A model generated the notes under the pieces. That model was not told the DNA's origin and searched no databases. It saw only the letters and a list, made by a program, of their open reading frames with translations. The position numbers and the translations under genes are program-made. From an uncultured Spirochaetaceae bacterium (GTDB taxonomy: Bacteria > Spirochaetota > Spirochaetia > SZUA-6 > DRHE01), in NCBI GenBank assembly GCA_964520025.1, contig CAZFMD010000001.1, forward strand, positions 1 through 55,929: a stretch of DNA of 55,929 nt. Reading direction: 5' to 3'. Below, piece after piece: positions 50,242 through 55,929 of the stretch; positions within the stretch are counted from its first letter, which is position 1; each line of letters opens with the position of its first letter.

Positions 50242-51489
50242 TTACCAGTCCAGCAGCCGCTTCTGTCCCTCGAGCGCCCGGATATCTGTAACATCCTGAC
50301 TGACCTCCACCACTCCCCTGTATATTCCCTCCTGATCGTAGAGAGCGAAGTAGCGGATATGGATGAAACGACCGTCCAGGGTCAACCAGAACTCGGCCGT
50401 ATCTCTCTCCTTCTGCTTGAAGCTCTCCAGGATCTTTTCGACAACGTGCACGCTGTTTGGCGGGTGACAGTTCTGGACCGCCCGCCCAACCACCGCCGGA
50501 CTGCGGGGAAAGATCCTCTCCCGCCCCTGGGAGTAGTAGCGGACCCTGTCGTTCTCATCCACGTAGGTCATGTCGATGGGAAGGTTCCTCAGCATCAGGT
50601 TGATCTGCTGCGGCAGCAACTTCCCCACATCCAGGGGGATCTCCCCTGACTCCTCCGCCCCGGCTGTGATTTCAGCGCCTGATGCAGCCTCGGAGCCTCC
50701 GGGCTTTCCCAGCTCTTTGGCCACGGAGGCGGCGATTACCACCGATGGATCCCAGAGATTCCCGGGTTGGACCCAGGCGTAGCCTATTTCCGGCTCGCCC
50801 CGGCGGATCTCCGCCCACTGCTTCTCCGAGAGTTTCTTCAGGGAGGTGGGAAAGAGTATCTTTTCCTCCATGAAGATCATCCGCCCCACGGCCCGCAGCA
50901 AGCCCCGGCCCAGGGCCGCGAACCGGCTCCAGTCCTCCTGTTTGTAGGCATCTTCGAACTCCCGCAGCTGTGTCCTGATCTCCTCGTGCTTTCCCCACAT
51001 CACCTTGGAAGGTCCGGTGAACTCGACCTGTTCGAGGTAGGGAAACAGCTGGTTTTCCTTGCGCCGGTAGTGGATCTCGAGAGCCTTGAGCTCTTCCAAA
51101 ACCGCCTGGAACTCCCGGCTGCGTGCCCCTCGGGGCACCTGCTTGAGCAGCGGGCGCATCCTCCTCAAGATCTTCCGCAGTGCCCTGTTCTCCTGCAGGT
51201 AGGTATGCACCGGATGCCCCGGCAGTACCTTGTTTTTTTTCCGGCGCTCCAGAGCCTGTTCGAACACCTGCACGTGTACATCGCAGACCTTCTGCACCTG
51301 CTCCACAGGAACACCCTCGGCGATCAATGCCTGTTCCATTTGGGCGATCTCCTCCGGGCTGACATTGCGGATCAGCTGGGCGAATCGCTTCTGCACCGCT
51401 TTGATATCACTGCCCTCGTGCAGATCCTTCACGATTTCCTTGAGCTGCTGCTGCCGATACTCGGCACTCCCTCTTTGAACTTCACTCAT
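50242..51489 (-). CDS. DUF438 / hemerythrin-like / PAS domain sensor protein
   Basis: The N-terminus is LKEIVKDLHEGSDIKAVQKRFAQLIRNVSPEEIAQMEQALIAEGVPVEQVQKVCDVH. The centre has an HHE-like region. The C-terminus is DMTYVDENDRVRYYSQG...NCHPPNSVH. Confidence 0.8.
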   Translation of the reverse strand: MSEVQRGSAEYRQQQLKEIVKDLHEGSDIKAVQKRFAQLIRNVSPEEIAQMEQALIAEGVPVEQVQKVCDVHVQVFEQALERRKKNKVLPGHPVHTYLQENRALRKILRRMRPLLKQVPRGARSREFQAVLEELKALEIHYRRKENQLFPYLEQVEFTGPSKVMWGKHEEIRTQLREFEDAYKQEDWSRFAALGRGLLRAVGRMIFMEEKILFPTSLKKLSEKQWAEIRRGEPEIGYAWVQPGNLWDPSVVIAASVAKELGKPGGSEAASGAEITAGAEESGEIPLDVGKLLPQQINLMLRNLPIDMTYVDENDRVRYYSQGRERIFPRSPAVVGRAVQNCHPPNSVHVVEKILESFKQKERDTAEFWLTLDGRFIHIRYFALYDQEGIYRGVVEVSQDVTDIRALEGQKRLLDW

Positions 51490-51506
51490 CGTTTACTCCT
51501 ACAAAA

Positions 51507-51535
51507 AGTTTAATCCACGCGCCGGATTGACACAA
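51507..51535 (-). promoter_or_regulatory. Possible promoter (TTGTGT-17-TAAACT) upstream of the DUF438 gene
   Basis: The reverse complement reads TTGTGT caatccggcgcgtggat TAAACT ttttgtAGGAGtaaacg ATG. Confidence 0.3.
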
Positions 51536-51734
51536 CAGACCCATGACCGGTGCACGCCGCTGCCACAGTGGAGACACACAAATCCCGGGCAGCGGTTTCC
51601 ACATCGAATATCATCAAATCCGGCAGTTTTGAGATTGATCCAGGTCAATGATCGGCCCGACGAACGCTGAGAAACGGGTATCCGCCCGGATACTTACACA
51701 GCAAGCGCCAAATCACGTACAATTCAGCTGGAGC

Positions 51735-52214
51735 ATGCGCGTCGAAAACCGGGTTACACTTATTCTGTTGACACTGTTTCTAATAATCCCCCCCCGGGGA
51801 TGGACGGAGGAGCCCGTAGATCCGTCAAGGGCCCTGCACGTGCTGGCCGGAGCTTCCGGCGCTCTGCTGGTGGGTGCCCTGGCTTACCCTCTCGTGGACC
51901 TGGGTTCGGACCGCTGTGATGCTGCTCTGGTGGCGGGACTTGGGGTGAGCGGTGCTTTTGTCTTGGGTTTGACCAAAGAGCTGCTGGATCTTGGGGGATG
52001 GGGCCAGCCCGAGCTGTCCGATCTTCTGCTGACCCTGGGCGGGGGCCTGCTGGCCGGAACCCTGGTATACGCACTGAGCTGCCTCCAACCCGCCGCAGAA
52101 GAAGGGAGCCTGGGAATTTCAGCGGTGTACGCAGCCTTCGGGCTGATTCTCTCCCTTCCGGTGGGAGAGAACCTCTTCGCAAGAACTAATCTTTCTTTAC
52201 GACCTCGATCGTGA
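51735..52214 (+). CDS. Hypothetical membrane protein
   Basis: The ORF was trimmed to MRVENRVTLILLTLFLII. It has several Gly/Ala/Leu-rich TM segments and I recognise no family. Its 3' end overlaps the convergent DUF4342 gene by 29 nt. Confidence 0.4.
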   Translation: MRVENRVTLILLTLFLIIPPRGWTEEPVDPSRALHVLAGASGALLVGALAYPLVDLGSDRCDAALVAGLGVSGAFVLGLTKELLDLGGWGQPELSDLLLTLGGGLLAGTLVYALSCLQPAAEEGSLGISAVYAAFGLILSLPVGENLFARTNLSLRPRS

Positions 52215-52428
52215 AGTTGCTGGCCAGAGCGGCGATGGCACCGACCGCGGCCAGAATAGGTGCAACCACCATTCCGACAACGCCGAGGGTCAGGGGGATC
52301 TCGATATAGGTCTCCCCGTTCTCGTTCTTGATGATGATGCGGCGAATGTTCCCCTCGTGGATCAACTCCTTCACCTTCTTCAGCAGATCTTCGCCTTTGA
52401 CCTTCACTTCCTCGATTTTTTCCGCCAT
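52186..52428 (-). CDS. DUF4342 domain protein
   Basis: 80 aa with VKELIHEGNIRRIIIKNENGETYIEIPLTLGVVG...APILAAVGAIAAL, and GGGAGG upstream. Confidence 0.7.
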   Translation of the reverse strand: MAEKIEEVKVKGEDLLKKVKELIHEGNIRRIIIKNENGETYIEIPLTLGVVGMVVAPILAAVGAIAALASNFTIEVVKKD

Positions 52429-52524
52429 CGAAAACCTCCCTGGGTTGTTTCTACTAATATACTAACACCGCAAACACTTGGAAAATGCACCGGGCAACCC
52501 ATTTTTCTGAAGAAACCGTTGTTG

Positions 52525-53520
52525 CTAAAGAACCCGCTGGATATACCGTAAGGCTGCCTCCGCGCCTTCGCGGTAGTAGCCCTGATCCGGGTACATGGTG
52601 ATGTGTTTCAGATGCATCTTGAGGTTGTAGATGCTCTTGCGCAGCTCGAAGGTCTCATCCTTGGGAAAAGCGCTCCAGTAGCGGTCGTAGAACCTCGGGC
52701 TCGCCAACCCGAACATCTCCATAAAGGACAGCTCTCTGGCATAATCCGCCCAATATCCGGGAATATCGATGTACCCGCTGACAAAGGGAGCTCCGGGATA
52801 ACCGGAGTCCTCGAAATCCACCATGACGTTTCCCGACCAGATGTCGTAGTGAGTCAGAGTGCTTCGCCGGCCGATGTCCAGAGCCGCGGGAAAGCGCTGG
52901 CGGATCCGCTCGATCTGTCCGAGCATGTCGGTGTCCACCAAAGCGCTGGAGCTCACCTCCGCGAAAACCGTGTCGAATCTGGGCAGCCAGAACTCAGCCC
53001 AGTTCTGGTGCCGGCTCTCCTCCCCCACCTCCACACCCCCGAAGCCGCTGCTGCGCTCCTTGTGCAGCTCGATGAGCTGGGCCGCGATCTGGTCGCTCAG
53101 GCCGTTGACCATTTCCCCGGTAAGCAGTCCGAACACCCGGTGCAGCACCACCCCGGGAACCCGGGTCATGACCAGAAGCGTGCCGGGCAGGAGCTTTCCC
53201 GAAGTGTCGACCAGTAAAGGGCGGGGAACCGGCATGGCCGTGTGGCTGGTGAAGAAACCCAGAACCCTATACTCGCGGAGAATCTTCTCATCCATCTGAA
53301 CCGGACTGATCTTGCAGACGATCTGCGGCTGGCCGGTGGAGAAAGACAGGCCGACCACCCGGTTCCAGCATCCGCCACTGAGGGTTTTGACTTCCCTGAT
53401 GCTCGGCCGCCCGGAACCATCCTCGGTCTCGGCAAAGGCCAGTTGAGAGACGGCGGAGAGCCGCTCCTTGGTCAGGAAGGGATCGATCTTCTCCCGCAGG
53501 ATTTCTTCGCGAACGTTCAC
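52525..53520 (-). CDS. APH/ChoK-like phosphotransferase (aminoglycoside/fructosamine-kinase fold)
   Basis: GTG start. Catalytic loop is LTHYDIWSGNVMV (H-x-D-x4-N), with a downstream YIDIPG. Confidence 0.7.
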   Translation of the reverse strand: MNVREEILREKIDPFLTKERLSAVSQLAFAETEDGSGRPSIREVKTLSGGCWNRVVGLSFSTGQPQIVCKISPVQMDEKILREYRVLGFFTSHTAMPVPRPLLVDTSGKLLPGTLLVMTRVPGVVLHRVFGLLTGEMVNGLSDQIAAQLIELHKERSSGFGGVEVGEESRHQNWAEFWLPRFDTVFAEVSSSALVDTDMLGQIERIRQRFPAALDIGRRSTLTHYDIWSGNVMVDFEDSGYPGAPFVSGYIDIPGYWADYARELSFMEMFGLASPRFYDRYWSAFPKDETFELRKSIYNLKMHLKHITMYPDQGYYREGAEAALRYIQRVL

Positions 53521-53526
53521 GCGGGC

Positions 53527-54804
53527 TTACGCTGTAGTTACTTTGTGGAGCTTTACCAAACGCTGGGCCAGCAGTCGGGCCAGGAATATACCATAATGCG
53601 GCCGCTCTTTGATGGCATTGATGAAGGCTTCCTTGGAGATCTTGATCAGAACTCCCCTTCCCATGGATTTCACGGTGGCGGAACGGCGATTATCCAGAAG
53701 AAAGGACATTTCTCCCAGGTAGATGTCTTCCGGGGTGAGAATGGAGACCTGTTTGCCGTTGGCGATAATTTCGAAGTGCCCCGAGACGATGTAGTACAGG
53801 AAACTGGACTTCTCCCCTTGGGTGAACACGATATCCCCTTCCTGGAATACCACCTCTTCCTGGTCGGTAAACACCTTCGGAACCACCTTGCCTTCCCGGG
53901 TCAGGTGGCTGATCTCAAAGCTGACCTCATTGCCCTTGTCGTTGTATGAGAGCTTGGACACGTAATGCGAGGCCATGGCAATACCCCGCCCGTGCATCTC
54001 CTCAAGCCCCTCTTCACCCGTGGCCGCGGTCTGTTCCTTCCAATCGAAACCCTTCCCCTCATCCCGGATCTTGAAGGTCGACTTTTTCGGGGTGATCTTG
54101 TAGTTCAGGTATACTTTCTTGATACAGATCCCGGGATCATTATTTTTCTCGCGAATCAGATCGAGAATGTCCTTGCCGCTGTTCAACCATTCGGACTTCT
54201 CTTCGTAGGAGATCCGGCAATTCCCGTGCTCGATCGCATTCAGCAGCAGCTCCATAGTGGCGGAGTAGAAACGCTCCTTCTGTTCGTGATCGATAAGATT
54301 GGAGTTAAGGAGGAAATTTGCCAGGAGGTTCGAATAGGTCACCAGGTCGAAAGGATCGTTTTCCAAGACGAACGATCCGGCCAGGTTGGCCTGAAGAATG
54401 AAGTGCAGATCCCGCTGGAACAGAATGCCCCGGTTCTGACTCAAAATCCGCAGCAGCCGGGTGAAGTAATCCTCCAGCTTGCTCTTCTCTATGGCGGTGA
54501 TCGTGTTGATCCCTTCGAACATCCTGAGGATCTCCCGTTCGTTCTCCCCTTCATGGAGGATGACGAATCCGCCGGAATGCAGCCAGGGATCGCTTTTGAT
54601 CTCCTTGAGAATGTTTTTGAGCTTGATGTACTTGTCCGAGCAGTTGACTACGATTATATCGGGCAGCTCGTAGTTGAGGTGCTGCACGATTCGGTTTTTG
54701 TCACGCAGATAGATGGGAACGAACTCATCACCGGACTCCGTGCAGACCTGCAGGATAATCTTGTTCGTCTTGTCGTCGGTGCTCAGGACCGCGATATTAC
54801 CCAT
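53527..54804 (-). CDS. Three-domain signalling protein: degenerate receiver-like N-terminus, GHKL (RsbW/SpoIIAB-like) ATPase/kinase, and a cyclic-nucleotide-binding domain
   Basis: REC-like region LSTDDKTN...PDIIVVNCSD, with Asn where the acceptor Asp is expected. N-box is LLLNAIEHGN, G1 is IRDEGKGFD and G2 is HGRGIAM. The cNMP domain is FQEGDIVFTQGE...LGEMSFL...RSATV. Confidence 0.75.
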   Translation of the reverse strand: MGNIAVLSTDDKTNKIILQVCTESGDEFVPIYLRDKNRIVQHLNYELPDIIVVNCSDKYIKLKNILKEIKSDPWLHSGGFVILHEGENEREILRMFEGINTITAIEKSKLEDYFTRLLRILSQNRGILFQRDLHFILQANLAGSFVLENDPFDLVTYSNLLANFLLNSNLIDHEQKERFYSATMELLLNAIEHGNCRISYEEKSEWLNSGKDILDLIREKNNDPGICIKKVYLNYKITPKKSTFKIRDEGKGFDWKEQTAATGEEGLEEMHGRGIAMASHYVSKLSYNDKGNEVSFEISHLTREGKVVPKVFTDQEEVVFQEGDIVFTQGEKSSFLYYIVSGHFEIIANGKQVSILTPEDIYLGEMSFLLDNRRSATVKSMGRGVLIKISKEAFINAIKERPHYGIFLARLLAQRLVKLHKVTTA

Positions 54805-54920
54805 TAAAACCCTACAACAGCTACTTTCTTAATATTTGACACTAATAGTGTACAGTATCTGTGAAAAAAATTCAGCCTACTATAGTACTTCGGTTCGCTC
54901 ACTCTTAATCAAAAGGAAAT

Positions 54921-54936
54921 TGGCAGATCCCCGGCA
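54921..54936 (+). promoter_or_regulatory. Weak sigma-54-like element (TGGCAG-N5-CGGCA, GG-N10-GC spacing)
   Basis: Lies 87 nt upstream of ATG 55023. Only the GG and GC dinucleotides and the TGGCA block match the consensus. Confidence 0.2.
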
Positions 54937-55022
54937 CCGCGGGAATCAGCGTGATAGCGGGCGATTCCGTGGAATTTCCGACTGGAAAACGGTATACTTC
55001 TTTTATAAGGGAGGAGTTAGGC

Positions 55023-55907
55023 ATGAAACGAACGGTTACAACAATCCTGCTGATACTGATCGCGGCGTTCCCTCTCATTTCAGAGGATCTGCTGGTGGAA
55101 TACGTAGAGGGGACTCTGGAGGTCAAGGAAGGTTCGAACTGGTACGAGCTGTACATCGGCGACATGGTTCCGGAGAACAGCGTGATTCGTCTCTCCGAGA
55201 ACGGCTTTGCCGAGCTATCGACCCGAAACGTAACGGTTACGTTGAGCGACGACGGAATCTATAACACTCAAAGCCTACTCCGTTCCGGACAGAAGGTGGC
55301 CTCCTGGGATATCGGCGGTGTGGTGAACTCCAAGCTCTCGAAGCTGCTCGGACCGGGCCAACAGGGTGAGACCGCTGTCATGGGTGTGCGAGGCGCCGCT
55401 GCGGACCAGGGCGAGCTGACCTGGGTCGAAGAGGGCGGAGAGTACATGGAGAAGGGAAAACAGCTTCTCGTTGAAGGCCTGTTCGACGAAGCGATCCCCG
55501 TGTTCAAGGACGGAGCCGACTGGGCACTCACCGAGGATGAGCGTTCCGAGTATCTGTTCTACGCGGCTTATGCCCACTCCCTGAAAGGGGACAATGCCGT
55601 TGCCCTAATTATGCTCGAAGACATGGCTCTCGGATCCGACTCCGCCATCTTCACCGATTATACGCTGCTGAAAGGAAAGCTGCTGATCGAAAACCTGGCT
55701 TTCACCGACGCCCTGGATCTTTTCTCCCAGTACCTCAAGCACCCCGACATGGGGGAGACCACCCAGGTTGTCTACTTCCTCTCTGCGCTGTGCCACCAGG
55801 GTCTGGAGAACCGAAGCCAGGCTCAGAAGTTCCTTCAGGACGCAATCAACATCAACGCCTCTTCGGAGTACGGACAGGCCGCCCAGCGCATGATGGGGAG
55901 TTTGTAA
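55023..55907 (+). CDS. Secreted FecR-domain / TPR protein
   Basis: Trimmed to MKRTVTTILLILIAAFPL (GGGAGGAG upstream). The FecR-like region is YVEGTLEVKEG..WYEL.IGD.V.ENSVIRLSENGFAEL, followed by TPR-like C-terminal helices. Confidence 0.7.
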   Translation: MKRTVTTILLILIAAFPLISEDLLVEYVEGTLEVKEGSNWYELYIGDMVPENSVIRLSENGFAELSTRNVTVTLSDDGIYNTQSLLRSGQKVASWDIGGVVNSKLSKLLGPGQQGETAVMGVRGAAADQGELTWVEEGGEYMEKGKQLLVEGLFDEAIPVFKDGADWALTEDERSEYLFYAAYAHSLKGDNAVALIMLEDMALGSDSAIFTDYTLLKGKLLIENLAFTDALDLFSQYLKHPDMGETTQVVYFLSALCHQGLENRSQAQKFLQDAININASSEYGQAAQRMMGSL

Positions 55908-55929
55908 GCAGCAGCCGGTCGCAATACCA

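Noticed and set aside
1-55929. tRNA, rRNA, riboswitch, transposase/IS, integrase, prophage, toxin-antitoxin or known defence-system genes
   Set aside because: I scanned the intergenic regions longer than 75 nt: 6.4, 14.8, 23.6, 25.6, 27.5, 34.9, 40.5, 41.2, 43.9, 51.5, 52.4 and 54.9 kb. They contain only promoters, hairpins and palindromes. No ORF shows nuclease, helicase or recombinase hallmarks. This was a by-eye scan, so small ncRNAs cannot be excluded.

Overview
This is a high-GC, densely coding bacterial chromosomal window with about 51 protein genes. I recognised no rRNA, tRNA, CRISPR array, transposase, integrase, prophage or classical defence genes. Internal cistrons carry strong GGAGG-type Shine-Dalgarno sites. 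Taxonomy cannot be fixed from this sequence alone; the gene content (FecR/TPR, cNMP-GHKL and sigma-54 signalling proteins) would fit a high-GC spirochaete-like organism, but that is a guess.

Content from left to right:
1. A one-carbon/pterin operon on the minus strand: FolE2, archaeal-type SHMT, an embedded lipoprotein, a divergent ThyA-superfamily enzyme, and PurH split into separate AICARFT and IMPCH genes.
2. A GPH sugar symporter, a DUF364 protein, and ManA followed directly by a MoxR-DUF58-DUF4129 membrane module.
3. A roughly 15-kb acidic-sugar catabolic island (13.2-28.4 kb). It holds a TRAP transporter, three DapA/NanA-family aldolase paralogues, three URO-D-like proteins, YhcH, Zn-ADH, an FGGY kinase, a 2-hydroxyacid dehydrogenase, and IclR and GntR regulators with readable promoter/operator architecture.
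4. A DUF4139 secreted protein, an MFS transporter and a lipoprotein lipase.
5. RtcB-archease plus a GNAT-like protein, DinB and an FAD oxidoreductase.
6. A metal module: a Zn/Cd-type P1B ATPase, a sigma-54-driven gene for a small secreted Met/His/Arg-rich protein, and an NtrC-type two-component system.
7. Two PLP enzymes translationally coupled to a 1072-aa secreted NHL/TPR/transglutaminase-like protein, followed by DUF2461 and DUF438-hemerythrin-PAS proteins.
8. A pseudo-receiver/GHKL/cNMP-binding protein with an APH-like kinase and DUF4342, and a FecR/TPR protein.

The best candidates for something undescribed are the URO-D-like/DapA/TRAP catabolic island and the sigma-54 metal module with its non-ZraP effector. 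A window-wide promoter geometry suggesting leaderless first cistrons is also notable. All family names come from motif recognition by eye and need HMM or structure confirmation.
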